Positions 39,348 through 52,846 are shown, counted from the stretch's first letter. The stretch is DNA of 64,000 bases from Sphagnum compactum (GCA_965153455.1 OZ234493.1:11584213-11648212), one strand, 5' to 3'. The notes: generated by a model from the sequence alone, not told the origin. A program made the numbers and translations.

Positions 39348-40483
39348 ACAGACTTATTGCAATGAAGAAATCATAGTTGCTGTTGGTTGCTGCTAAGCAG
39401 ATCAAGGCATGTCATATAAGACGATCAGATCCATGAAGGTCAGTTCCATGAGCATTCATTCTTGGACCATGTCCCAACCTTTTAGCTCAAAAAACTTATA
39501 GAACCCATCTTGTAACAGTATTGAAATTACTCAAAGCTCCCAACTGCAGTTCATGCAGTCATCAACAGCAATGCTCTTGAGGTAGTATGTATTTTAGAGT
39601 CTATGTTTAGTGTTAACCTAAGCTGTAGCAGATTGGTAGCACATGTAGGCATAGAGCTGTGGGCATAGAGCTGACATCATGACTCAGTCTTCTTCTTCTT
39701 TCTGTTTGCTTCTGGAAATGTGGCAGAAACTCAAGATGTCAATTTTTGTACATTGGGTTTAAACCCAAACTTTTGAGCAGATGATTTTATAGTTACCGAC
39801 ACCCACCTACCATGGGAGCTGCCAATGCAGTCCAAGGAATGGCAGCCAGTCACAGCCATTCATGACAAAGTTGATACTTTGATAGTTTGGGAGCGACAAG
39901 TAGAGGTTGCATGCACCCACACTCAGGTTGGTAATTTTATACTTCAGGATGGTAGAGAGTGTGGCCCTTTCCTCATTACAAATGTGGCAAAGCCGGTTAT
40001 GCTTGAACTTTTGCACAAGGTTGCACCCACACTCAATCTTGTCATGTTGGTTTTGAATTTGGCTGGAACTGACATAACAGTTAGATTCAAAGTGTTTTTG
40101 TGGAGTTATCTCTGAAATCTCAATTGATATACAACACCCAAAAACCCATCTTCCGTATTACAATGTGGCATATTACAATGTGGTTTATGCAAATGTTTCT
40201 CAATTTTTTTTGCTTTTGTGAGTAGTTAGTAGTTTTTACTTGAGCAATTTGGTTGCTAACAAGCATGTTGTTTCATCTTTAGTTCTCAAACTCCTGCCAT
40301 CATTGCAAGTCTCTACTTTGTACCTTTCTGATTGTCTGTCACCGCTGTTCGGACTGCTAGTTCTGGTGATGTTCTTGTTCTGAAACCAGAGGTTCTCTCT
40401 GATCCTGAACTATCGAAAAATTAAACCCGGCGGTTCTTTAAAATTCAAATAACTGCGCATAGCTTCTTTTCCCACCACTACAG

Positions 40484-40778
40484 TTTTATAATTAGAGCCG
40501 GTGGTTCTGTGACATACAGGCATATAATCCAACGCTTTTTATTGAGAACCGGGGGTTCTTGGACATACAGACAGATTCTAACAATACGGTTTTTATGAGA
40601 ACCGGGGGTTCCTGGACATACAGACAGATTCTAACAATACGGTTTTTATGAGAACCGGGGTCCTATGACATACAGGCATGTTCTAACAACACGGTTTTAA
40701 TGAGAACCGGGATCCTATGATATACGGGTATGTTCTAACAATGTGGTTTTAGTAAGAACCGGGGTTCTGTAACATACG
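40484..40778. repeat. 52-53-bp tandem repeat x6
   Basis: Unit TTTTTATGAGAACCGGGGGTTCCTGGACATACAGACAGATTCTAACAATACGG. GAGAACC starts at 40544, 40597, 40650 and 40702. Confidence 0.9.
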
Positions 40779-41198
40779 CACCTGCCCGTGGCAGATATAC
40801 CCGTGCCTGCCCAGGACCAGTGCTGGCCGATTCTTTGAATTTTTAAAGAACCACCGGTTCCAGTTCTGGAGAATTTTCAGAATCAAAGGACGGCTGGTTC
40901 CAGTTCTTTGGGGGAAAAGTAAATGAAAGAATTAAAGAACCTCCGGTTCTTTTTATTTCTTCGTGAAAACACTGATATAGAACCTCCGGTTCTTTGGCCA
41001 GCTCTTTGACTTTTAAAAAGTTGGGAACCGTGGCTATATACCAAAACCGGTTATTTGAAAAAAAGCTGGGTTAGGGGTATATGCACCCGAGATGATAACC
41101 TGAGGGTATATTTCCCTCATTCTGAGAACCGCCCACACTGGCCAGGACACATTAGGGTTGCGAGCTTTCAGAGGAGAGAGTGCGAGAGCGTTGCAGCG

Positions 41199-41687
41199 AT
41201 GGCGATGGTGATGTTCGCAGGGCGGAGATGCTTGCAGCGAGCAGTGCGACATGCGGCAACGGCGGCTGCGCCGGCCGTGCATGTAACGCAAGAGAGTACC
41301 AGGAGAGAAGCAGGAAGATCGGCCAAAGTCTCGGACCGGATGCTGGAGATGACAGCCATAGACGAGGACGGGGAACGGCATGTGGTGAAAGGACTGACGG
41401 GGCACACGTTGTTGAGGACTCTGGTGCAGAGCGGACTGTTCGATCCTGAGCGTCATCGTCTGGAGGATATCACTGCTTGTAACGGTGAATGCGAGGTAAG
41501 CATCGCCAACGAGTGGTTGGTGAAACTGCCTCCTCGCACTGAGGATGAGTTGGACGTGTTGCAAGCCAAGACGTTCTCCAAATTGGCTGATCCGCATTCC
41601 CGCCTCGGTTGTCAGATCATCCTGGAGCCTGAACTCGAGGGTATGGTCGTCTCTATAGCTGAAGAGAAGCCGTGGAGAACTTTGTGA
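41199..41687 (+). CDS. Mitochondrial atypical ferredoxin, complex I bridge subunit C1-FDX-like, intronless, 162 aa
   Basis: ATG at 41199 starts an R/A-rich presequence. Ferredoxin fold: AIDEDGERHVVKGLTGHTLL...HRLEDITACNGECEVSIANEW...SRLGCQI. It has only three of the four 2Fe-2S Cys plus a His, and ends KPW, as in the plant complex I ferredoxin. Confidence 0.88.
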   Translation: MAMVMFAGRRCLQRAVRHAATAAAPAVHVTQESTRREAGRSAKVSDRMLEMTAIDEDGERHVVKGLTGHTLLRTLVQSGLFDPERHRLEDITACNGECEVSIANEWLVKLPPRTEDELDVLQAKTFSKLADPHSRLGCQIILEPELEGMVVSIAEEKPWRTL

Positions 41688-43599
41688 AAAAACAACAAAA
41701 GAAATGCATGCGTCTTCGTCTCTAGGGTTTGGTTCTTTACACCGGTGTTGTGTAGAGAGTCTCTGCAGTTTTTCTTTCACGATTCTCTGTCATTGAATCT
41801 TGGATCCTTTGACGCTCAATAAGGATTCCTGACTACTTTAGACTGCTGTATGGTAGGAGGGGGGGTCGAAGATATTACCTATAAAAAAAGCTTGCTCAAT
41901 GGAGGTAGTAGCAGGATGTTGCCATACAGCCTTGTCTGGGAACCCTAAAAGAGCCTTTGATAGATTGGGCTTTGTTTGATGTTTCAAACAGATCTACAGT
42001 GAATTTGTGGATGTGGCATAAGAAGAAGGCCTGGCATCTTTCTGTGGACACTCACAATGAACAAGATGATCAAATATCACCAACCTCCCACAAGTCACCA
42101 TTCCCTTTGTCTCTCTCTTTTGATGTTTATGTTTCTTCTTGACCTCTTTTGGGTTTTGTTGAGTTAGCCAGCATCTTTTTCTCATTAGTGTCAGCCTTGT
42201 GACAGCAGCAAATTGGTATGATGGTTCATGTTTGAAATTAGCCTCTGCCGCCCATCACAGTGATTTCAGGGAGTTGATGAAGTGACTGGAGATGTTACCG
42301 TAGGCAGTCAACACATACATGTTGCTGTTGAAGGTCCCTGAGAATGCAAATGACCATTGATGTCATGTTCCTCTGTTCTTTAGGGTTGCGTACAGAACCA
42401 AGTGCACATTGTTCCTGTGATGTTAGATCTATGTGTTTTCATGGTCCTGTCTTTCCCTTGTATGATTTTGAACATGGAAGTCACAAGGCTAGTCCATTCT
42501 GGTGCTCTCAAATCCATGATTCCTGCCTCTCATTGAAGACCCCCTGATTAAGGGTTCTTGGTGTGATGTAGACTGTGCTTTGTAAATAGCTGGTCCTCAT
42601 TTCATTCTCAGGTGGTGTGATGATCAGAAGTTGTAGCCACTAAATCTAGATCTCAATTCTTACTGAACCTCTGGGTTGCTGGGGGGCAAATCCTTGCTGT
42701 CTACATTGGAGAACTATTTGTGCGTTGTTGACTTATGGTTATTGGTTTGCATGTGTCTAATGAATGCTAGCCAACATCAAATCATGCGGTGCTTCAGGAA
42801 ATACAACAGAAGCTGAGGTCATAGATGTTTTTTCAGTCATTTGCCCAAATTTTCAGCAGACTGTTATGTAGATATATATACTTATCTTTTCTCTTGGGCT
42901 AGGGCTCCTCTTTCCCATGCCTGCTGATTGGTTTCTGTTATATTGTCAGATCTAGGATATCCATAACCTTATTATACGGGATTCTCTCAATCCTTTAATG
43001 ATAAGTAATTCCAAAGTCTCAGTGCTTATGAATAAATTGTATACTTTCTATAATATGTTTGTGGGCGACTCCTGCAGCTAGTCACTCCCATTCATCATGA
43101 AAGTGATGATCTCATGTTTTGAGTGACACTCAGAAGGTTATAACTGTACTTATCCTTGTCATGTTAGTTTTGGTTTTGCAGCAACTGACAGAATGGTGGT
43201 TACCTTCAAAGTGCTGTTGTGAAGTTATGTCTGCAATCTCATAGAGATACTATGGATTTGTTGTTGTAAAATAGAACTGTTGGGTGGGATGAGTTCTCAG
43301 TACACTTTTAGGGTGTTGAGATCAAAGCTGTTAGTAGCCAATAAATCCGAAACCCCCTTTTAAACAACCTTCCAACAACAGGAAGAATCATGGTTATGGC
43401 ACAACAACAAATGCAAAGCCCGGCTTCCAAAATTGAATCCTTCAACACAGTTGGTGGTCCTTAGGGTAGGATTTGATTAAACTTTCCATCAATAAAGAAT
43501 TATGGTGTTATATGTTTGGTCTCAAGATCTGCAAGAAAACGCTGTATCCATGTGTAATTTCAGGTTCAATTAAGATAACCCAAGAGTGGTTATGTATCT

Positions 43600-43672
43600 T
43601 CCGTTGTAGTCTAGGTGGTTAGGATACTCGGCTCTCACCCGAGAGACCCGGGTTCGAGTCCCGGCAACGGAA
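43600..43672 (+). tRNA. tRNA-Glu (anticodon CTC), nuclear type
   Basis: TCCGTTG...CAACGGA acceptor stem, D loop TAGGTGGTTAGG, anticodon stem CTCGG/CCGAG with CTC at 43634-43636, T loop GGTTCGAGTCC. Confidence 0.97.
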
Positions 43673-43675
43673 ACC

Positions 43676-43680
43676 TTTTT
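43676..43680 (+). terminator. Pol III oligo-T terminator
   Basis: TTTTT 3 nt downstream of the tRNA. Confidence 0.7.
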
Positions 43681-44003
43681 ATTTAATTTACTGTCTGTCT
43701 GACTGTCTGTAGCTTGGACTTTGATCGATTGGATCCTTGCCATGCTTTTTTTGTGTTTTCTTTTTCCTTTTTTTGTTGGTCTTGCCTACTAAGGCAAGAA
43801 GGATATTGTGTTTAGATTCATTATAGAGTATAGTAGCTTAATGGATTTTGGCCCCTAGTTACTAGATCTATTTTATGCAAGGAAAGGATTTCCGAAAGAT
43901 GATAATTTGGCTTGTGTTGAAACTTGAGATTAGTTATATAGAGTTATAATATCTTGAAGGATTTTGGTTTCTTTTAGAGTATTTCTTTGAAGATTATGTT
44001 TTT

Positions 44004-44109
44004 GCATGGTGAAATATTTGAATTTCCCTAATTCTTCTTTTGCCTTAAAGATACTTTTTAAATGTAAAAAATGGCAAGGCCACACGGTGTGTCGACACAC
44101 CCCCTTGTT
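44004..44109 (+). repeat. Interspersed ~100-bp repeat, copy 2
   Basis: Similar to 32253-32353. Confidence 0.8.
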
Positions 44110-45023
44110 TTTCCTTGTGTCTTTTTTCTTGCAGCTTCACTGGTGAAGTGGGTGGTGAAGGTTAATTGAAATAACTCATTAGTACCAAGTACCCCATCAT
44201 CCTTTTGCATTTGTGAATTTGCATGCTTTTCAACAAGAGCAACAACTCCTTGTGTATTTTGATGTCTTTCTATCTTTGTGTTGAAAAACTTTTCCTCTGC
44301 ACCATAAACAGTGAGGATACCATATCAATGCGCGAGATTTAGGATGTGCCTCAAAAAATTTTGCTATCTTTTTTTTAAAACTTGAGTTCACATCACCAAA
44401 GCTTTTTTAGAGTACATTTAATGTGACATGTTTGATTCCATATTTTTTACTTTATTGTTTTTATAAAAAATAAAAGTATCCTTTTGATTTGAGGTGCATT
44501 AAAAAACTGAAACTAAATGTTGTTGATGATTTATGTTCAAATTTTTAAATGTGATATTTGAATTTGGCCTTTTGGTTTTTCTATCTTCATCAAGTCTTGT
44601 TCATTTAAAGATCATGTTTTTTTTTTTTTAATAAACCCAACTTTATTTAACAAACACTTAATTTCAAATTTTGGCACTTGTGACCCATGGTGTCAACAAC
44701 ATTGTTTTTCCCATGCTAAGATTTCATTATCAAGATTTAAGATTCCTAAGTGACGATAGGGGGGGGGGTTTAGGAAACACATTTTGGTCACCATTAGGAG
44801 TGTATGATCATCACCCGAAGGTTATGCCATATAATGAGGTCACGAAAGTGACATAATCTGCCACCACAGACCTTAATATTTTTTGGTTGGTGTAACCAAA
44901 CAATCTCTTCGGACATGAGAAATGCTGATTACTAATTCTAGTCTAGACTCCACCATGTCTAAGGAAAGCAAGTAAACACATAAAGCAAAGCCATATTAAA
45001 GCAAATGTATTAGTTCTTTACTA

Positions 45024-47656
45024 CTATGGGCATTGCAAATGCTGATAAACTTGACATCTGATCACTGATTGATTGAGTTGGAATCCAGGCACAGTCATAA
45101 ACTGCACTTTAGCGATATTACCACATTTTTCACATGGATCTGCCAATTGGACAATAGTCTCAATGTGTCGTGGATTGATTGGCATACCCTTTCCAACTCG
45201 TAAAATGTTGGCTGCTGGGTGCAACGAGAAAGCAAGGCAATGGAGTAACCATATGCATTTGGCAGCATCTAGGAATGCCCCCGTAAACAATTTTCTCTCA
45301 TCTGAATGTTTGAAAACAATGTTCCATGGGAATAGAAACCACATCTCCCGCATTTTCCGCTCACAGAACGCCAAGAACTTCGGCTCAAAATCCTGATGTT
45401 TCAAGTTTGCTGCATCGGTTGCATCCACCAGTCTCATGCGTTGAAACTCCTCAAACCGTGCTTTGCATCGCTTGCTTGGATCGATTATTAAGGTTAACCC
45501 TAAATCATCAAAGCTATCATTCTCAAAGCAATGGTACATAGCCTGCAAAACACAAAGCCCAAGCAAAAACTGGTTCATGAAAACCACCAACCAGTTCCTT
45601 GAAGCTTTTCCAAACAACAGTTCTAACAGGAGGCTCTTTGATTCTGAAAATTAACTTTTTTTAAAAAACCCAGAACTAGACATTCTCTAGAATTCTGAAA
45701 TTAAAAAAACCGCCCAACGGTGGAAAGAAAGAAAGGAAAAAAAAAAAAATTTACCTTGTTGAGGTTCGACTCAAGTGCATATGCAGTATGCTCTTGTTTG
45801 GCGAATGTAGCATCAGGGTCGAGAGCTTGAAGTGTCCTCCAAACTGAGTAGCCAGAGATTTCCATCTGTTTCATGAACAATTTGCAGAAATACCGAACTG
45901 CAACTCTCGCCCTCATAACACCCATCTCAAATAAATGTTCCTTTTCAGTCAGATTTATACATTCAAGTCCCGACGAAGGATTCCAAGTTGGAATCTGCAG
46001 CACCTGATGATCAGTAGCAGCACCAGCAGCATTCTGTGCCTCCCTCCCTGCAGAATCCTCCTGTAACCAGCTTCTTGAACTTCTTTCCGTTGCAGAAAAT
46101 GCTTTGGTCGTCTCCTCACCATCCTCCTGTAATAAGCTCCTTGAGCTTCTTTCCTTCGCAGAAAAGGCTTTGATCTCCTCATCTTCCTTCTGTAATGAGT
46201 CCCTTGAGCTTTTTTCCTTTGCAGAAAATGTTTTGGGCACCTGTTGATCCTCCTGTAACGAGCTTCTTGAGCTTTTTTCCATTGTAGAAAATGCTTTAGT
46301 CTCCTGGTGATCTTTTTGTAATGAGCTCCTTGAGCTTCTTTCCCTTGCGGAAAATGCTCTGCTCTCCAGGTTATCTTCCTCCTGTGATGAGCCTCTTGAG
46401 CTTCGTTCCTTTGCAGAAAATGCTTTGGTTGCATGATCCTCCTGTGATGGGCTTCTTTCCTCTGCAGAAAATCCTTTGGTCTCCTGATCCTCATCCTCCT
46501 GTACTGATGAGCTTATACTTTCCTTTGCAGAAGCTTCTTTGGTGTTAACTGAAGAGATGCAGCTGGATGCTGCTGCTGCTGCAGCAGCAGTTGCTCCTTG
46601 TTGGGTTCTTCTAATTGCTGCAGCAGCAGCAGCTTGTGGTGAGTGATCTTCAGTACTAGTGCTTTCTGGGAACCGGTAACTAGAAGAAGAAGATGTAGAG
46701 GTCTGATCTGAAGAAGCTGTGGTGGAGTCAGGGATTTCCAAGTTGTGCAATAGCAGCTTCTGGTGATGATCATCATCTGCAATACCCTGGGTCAACAGCT
46801 TTGAGTGTGATTGTTTTCCTGCTTGTTGCAGCTGCAGTAGTTCCGGAGGTTTCATGGATTCTGACTGTAGTTGCTGAAGCTTTCGTTCCAGAAGCTCAAT
46901 TGCTTCTTGTTTGTCCATAAGAGCTGATTGCTGTCTCTTACTGAGCTCTAGAAGTGCGTCGGCTCGAGTAATTTTCGCCCATGAGGCCTTGGACTCTAAG
47001 CTGCTGCTGCTGCTGTCATGCAGACCAGGAAGCCAACAATTGAAGAAACTGGAGAAGATAACTGAAAGTGGACCTCCGCGAGGTCTACATGAGCATGAGG
47101 AGCTGCTGCGATGATTCACACCACCACCACTACTACTACTGCAAGCAGCTTCCTGGATGGCATCATCACTGTAAAACATGAGCGGCGAACCATGAAGACC
47201 CAATCTGCCTGCTGCACGAAACCAACACAAAGAAGAAGAAGAAGATGAAGAAGACCCAATTATTCCGGAGGAAAGGAGAAGAACAACATGCATGACAGCA
47301 GATCTCAAAGAAATAAGTTGAGAACAAAACAAAGCTTAAAAGAACTCTAGAAGAAACCCCATGAAGAAGTCTGCACTACCTCTTTGAGTGTGAAGAGGTC
47401 TTGACGGTCTATGCAGCAGGTCAAGGGAATTGGGCACCAAGGATGCGGTGCTAGAAAAGCTAGTGGATGCTGCAGGCACTGGAGAAAAGCTGCAATTGTA
47501 GTTGTTGTTGTTGTTGTTGTTGTTGTTTTTCTGCAACAACATCCATGACGACTGTGAGCTGGTTGCATTTTTTCTGGAGTTCATCTGTTCTGTTTGATAT
47601 GTCATGTTCTGCAAGGACTGGCAATCAGGAGGCGTTGGTTTGCCTTGCTGCTGCAT
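45024..47656 (-). CDS. IRK-interacting protein / GIL1 / DUF641-related coiled-coil protein, 3 exons, about 750 aa
   Basis: Exons 47656-47380, 47211(or 47208)-45755 and 45542-45024 join in frame; the start codon is uncertain. Coiled coil ALMDKQEAIELLERKLQQLQ. C-terminal domain ARVAVRYFCKLFM...HTAYALESNLNKAMYHCFENDSF...FLAFCERKM...FLDAAKCIWLLHCLAFSLHPAANILRV...FMTVPGF...VIRCQVY is typical of this family. Confidence 0.8.
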
Positions 47657-50600
47657 GATGATGCATACAAAACAGAACCACACTTGACTCACACCCAAAA
47701 ACACCAGCTGCAGCTTCAACTAGTACTGGATCTTCTTCTTCCTCCTCCTCCTCCTCCTCTTAACAACAACAGTTGAGAAAACCTTGAAAAAGAAGAAGAA
47801 AATAGCTTTGAATATTCTCACTACAACTCTTCTTCAAAATGCAAATTCATTGATTGATTGCAACCGAGGAAATGCAGCTTGAAGCCTCCTCCTCCTCCTC
47901 CTCCTCCTCCTCCTTCTTCAACCTCTCAACAACAACAAATTTGACAAAATTTGAAGAAGAAATTACTGTGAATCTGATTACTGCCACTAACTATTCCAAA
48001 TTGCAAATTGGGTGCAAACCAATTCTTTGATTGCAAGCGACATTTATGCAACTTGAAGTCTTCTTCTTCATCCTCTCAACAGCAACAACAATAACACCAA
48101 CAAAAGCTGACCCAAAAAATTGAAGAAGAAAAAACTGTGAGTCTAATCTCTGCAACTAACTCTTCCAAATGAGAAATGCAGCTTGAGTTTTCTTCTTCTT
48201 CTTCTTCTTCTTCTTCTTCCTCCTCCTCAATAACAACACCAACAGCAGAAACAACAACTACAACAAAGCTTGAAAAATTTGAAGTAAACTCCCCCCCCCC
48301 CCAAAAAAAAAAAACATTCTCAATACAACTCTTCTTCAAAATATTACAAATTCTTACATTATTGCAACAGAGAAATATTATGTTCATATTAATGTGCAAA
48401 TCTGAAGCAACAACTTGGAACAACAACAAAACCTAAATCCAATTGTTTGTTTGCCATCCATAACTAATGAAAAAATTAATTAAAAAAAGAGACAAACTAT
48501 ATGGGGCAATAGCTAAGTAACCCACTAAGATATAATAAATGTCATAATTAGTGTTGTAATACAGTATGCAATGTGTCTTTAAAATGTAATCAGGTGATTA
48601 TGTAATGTCCTAATTAGGGACATAATAAATAATACTTAGTAATAATAAGTGTACCTAAGCAAAGTACTTACTTATTATTATTATGTGAACACTTGGTGCA
48701 TTAATGAAACACTTGATGGGTTTGATAAAACTTGATGATATCAATCTTCTTTAGTGACAGAAAGAAGAAGGTTTAATTGTGGGTAGGCTATTTAATTATT
48801 TGGGGTGTGGGGAAATGGGGGTTTTGGGTGTCATGCTCATCACTTCTCATTTACTCCTCTATTTGTAAGTTACTCAATCTTCCTCTGCAGGTGCACCACC
48901 TCCTCATCACATAAGCTCATTAACTTACTAGTAACTTCCATAATCTGCCACCCCAGACCTTAATATGAATCATAATGGGTTTTTTCCAGCTGATTGTGCG
49001 GTGCTGGTTGCTGGGTCACACATAATCCCCCACCATGGTAGCCTATAATGGGTTTATGATCAAATTGAATGTGCTTAAAGATGGAGTAAATTGAGGTTTT
49101 ATAATTGTCACTAAAGAAGCAAAAGCATAGGAAGCAAGGGCTGTGAAATGGGTGTGAATTTTTTGGGTTGCTATTCATACTAGTTGAAAGTGGGCATTTA
49201 CTCCCTCACACTAGGATGAGGCTCTTAATTGTAAGAATCAATGTGCATTGGATTTTGTGCTAGTGAGTGAAGGGGGGCAGTGTAAATCTGTAATCAACAA
49301 TAAAGAATCCTTTCAGTCTCAAACTCAAAGTATAAGTCTCTGGAAGACTCACTCCTTTCAAACCAACTTTGAAAACCCAATCAGTAATGAATGAGAAATT
49401 TGGAGTCTAATCTTCTTCAACTGGATCTAGTATGGTGGTTTTTTTATTTTTAAGGAATATCATTATGGCGATCATCCTTAGGAAGATGTTTTTAAAATTT
49501 TGATTATTCTTAGGAAGATTTAGTATCCAGTATGGTTATAAATTAGATACCAAGGTCCAATCTCTAATCATCCTTGTTTAACTTTTGGCTACACGTTGAA
49601 AAGCAAGAATAGAAATTTCACAAGTTTAGGGTTTACACTTTCGGCAATTGAAAACTTTCATAATCACTTTGTAACCAAAAGAAAGGGCTAACAAGGATTG
49701 ATGACTATGTGTAAACAACTTACAATGTGCTATCCACCTCATTCACATAAACTTTTTTTTATTCAATTGTCGTTGTTACATGGCCCAAACATAGCATTTC
49801 AACAACACAACCTACAAACACAATATTCTAGAACATAAACTAACATGATTTTGATCACCTCCACCTTTACATGGGCAACTCCTTTTCATCTCCATCCCCA
49901 CATCCTCCAACACCAATAGCAAAATCACAAACTAAAAAAAAAAACATACTCACCTTTTCACCACCCATAAAGTTCCTTAGAAACCATAGGACCACCATTG
50001 TCGTCATCCTTCATGAGTGAAAAAACAAAAAGGTTTAAAGGTCACCATTCACAAGCAACCTTACCTAGAAGGTTCAAAACCCAAAACCTTAATGTTGTCT
50101 GATCACGTATTGGATTTGTTTTCAGGCTACTTCTTCCTATTCAATTTTTTAATTTTAAATTTCATTTTCTGAAAAAAAAAATTATCGATTGAAAAAATGT
50201 TAATCTAGTTGGTCATTTAATAGTTTCTTGTTCTAATTCCATGCCTAACTCATATATTCTTTGGTTTAAATGTGAAATATTTCATTAAACGAGTATTGGT
50301 CATTGGTCATTATCAATGTAATTATAATACAGATGGTCATGATTTATTGTATTATCATTTGCATGCCTTATGACCAATGTTGGGTGGGTATTAGCAAAAA
50401 GGTTAAAAGAAACCATGGTTTCAAATCAATTCTCACTTTCAAGATTGTCAAATATCACCCTTGGTAATACATTTGTATGAGATTCTCCCTATTGGTTTCT
50501 CAATAAAGTGGGAACCATCCCCTTGGCAACTAACCCCTTTATAGAAAAATCAAAATTTTGATACCTTAACACAATATTGGAAGGTAGCATGGTCAAATTT

Positions 50601-52086
50601 TTTAGGGTTAAAAAAAAAACTTAAGGTTTAAGGTGGTATTAGGCAATGGTTGTTTGTGTGGAACATTTTTCTACATGAACATAAAGCACCTCCACTTTTC
50701 TAAGTGCTTCGCCTTTTTTTACATCATTTATTTGTTGTTGTTTGTTTGGTGTTAATATTTATAATCTTTCTAAAGGTAAACATATTTTGTGTTTTTCTTT
50801 TCTTTTCTTTGTTTGCGTTTATAGTTTGCAAAACAACATGGAACTCCTCATTTTTTTCTTTGCTACAGCTTTTCCATTGTTCCTCCTCGTCTTATCTTGC
50901 ATGTTGCCAATCGTTGCTTGTCACCATTCACTCTTCTTCATCCCCATTCATTCTTATTTGGCACAATTTGCTCCTACTCATTGTCACTCATTCTTAATTC
51001 ATGCCACTTGTGCTTGTTCAATGCCATTAGCTCCTATTTGGCATTGCTTGTTCTTGTTTGATGGCACTCACTTTTGTTTAATGTCATTTACTCCTACTTG
51101 TTATTAATTGTTCTTACTCATCTTTATTCACTCTTACTCACCTTTCAAATACCCTTTTAACATGTTCGTTCATGTTTGTTGCTCTTGTTTTGGTTGTGTT
51201 TTTTCTTAGTTTGGCATTTCCCCCTCCTTTTGCTTTATGCAAATTTAATAATAGGTAGCTTGAGGGCTTCAAGCTTCTTTTATGATGTCAAGTTTTTGGG
51301 TGTTAGTTTGCTTCAAGGGGTCAAAAATACCATCCAAGGGATTTTTTTCCTCTTTTAAAATGTAATGAGTATGTAAAATATTAATAATCACAAAAACATA
51401 TTCCTACAAAATGAAAATCTTATAGTCCAAATCAAGAAAGTCAAGGGCATACCAATGAATTTTCATGAAACTTAACTAAACTCGTGTTGTGAATATATTT
51501 GTGAAGAGGAAATACTTGTCTAAGGGTATTGATCATTATGTTTGGAAGTGAGAACTTTGAAAGGGTTTCATCCAATTAGGGTTAATTTGTATTATTTAAT
51601 AAGATGATAATAAATGTGTATTTTAAATATTTTATTGATTGATTTACATTAAAAAAGGGCCCCCAAGGATATTATAAATGCAATGTTTTGTCGAGTTTTT
51701 TGTCCACCTAGCAAACTATCTTAATTTTATATTTGTTGAAAGCCACCACCTCTCATTGTAATTGGTACAATATATATTAATTATTTTTTATTTTATTGGG
51801 GTTAGGCATACAATAGGTGTATTTATATAATTTATGAATGGTTACATAAAAAAATAGTCATGATTGTGGTACATTCAATATTTTTCAATATTCCAAATTT
51901 TGAAAATACCTATCCAAAATTGGTTCACTCAAGCAAATGTGTGCACATACTTGTTTGAACCATTTTGGTTCATTTTCCAACTTTAAAAGTGGTGGTAATG
52001 TTGTTATTATTAACCCAAAGATAATTTAGTTTTATTGGACTTTAATTGTATCCAACTATTTTGCGACTAAAATTGCAATTGCAATT

Positions 52087-52846
52087 GGGCAAACCCATTG
52101 TTGGGCGGTACCACAAAAAACGTCTCATCCCAAATTTTTTAGACCTATCCAACTGTAGGACAACATAGGACCTACTTAAAGAAAGTTTTTCATTTCAAAT
52201 TTTATATAAAAAGATTACTCAAGTCATGTAAAATTTGAAACTAAAATTGAATTTTCCAAAAAAATATTTTAATATTCCAAATGAATGGTCAAGGAAGATG
52301 TTTCATGAAAGTAACATTTGGGTTTTTAATGTTTCAATTTTTTCAATGCTTTTAATTTCTAGGAGGGCCTCAAATATTCTTTTTTATTTGTTTAATAAAT
52401 AGTTGATTGAGGCAACTACAAAATTTTGAACAATTTTTGAAGGTCAAGACTAAGAAGTCTTGAAAGGCCATTGCATTCATGTTTTCAATTTTTTAATAAT
52501 TCTCATTTTTTGTTGCATCAATAAAATAAAAATGAAACTTTTGAAAAAAAAAAATTTAATTACAATGTGACAATTTCACATTTAATGATAAAGGTTGGAA
52601 ATTTCAAGAACACATATTAAAAACATTTCAACAACAAAAATTTTTTGCTTGTGTAGCCTATGTAAGTGTCTACAGTTTTTCCATAATGTATACATAGGTG
52701 GGGAACATAAAGCCCATGTGGTGCAAGTCAACAATAAAAATCACAATTTAAAAAGATTAATTTTTTTAATTAAATTAAAATGGGTCCACCTTTCCTTGAA
52801 TTTGGTGAGGTGGTTCCTAATGGTACCACCAAGGATGGGTTTGCCC
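52087..52846. mobile_element. Non-autonomous TIR element (760 bp) with AATT target-site duplication
   Basis: Left end GGGCAAACCCATTGTTGGGCGGTACCA; reverse complement of the right end GGGCAAACCCATCCTTGGTGGTACCA. AATT on both sides (52083-52086 and 52847-52850). Confidence 0.8.

Noticed and set aside
40484-40778. CRISPR-like periodic array
   Set aside because: Whole units repeat with no unique spacers, there are no cas genes, and the context is eukaryotic.
41034-41780. 248-aa minus-strand ORF
   Set aside because: Antisense shadow of the GC-rich ferredoxin gene.
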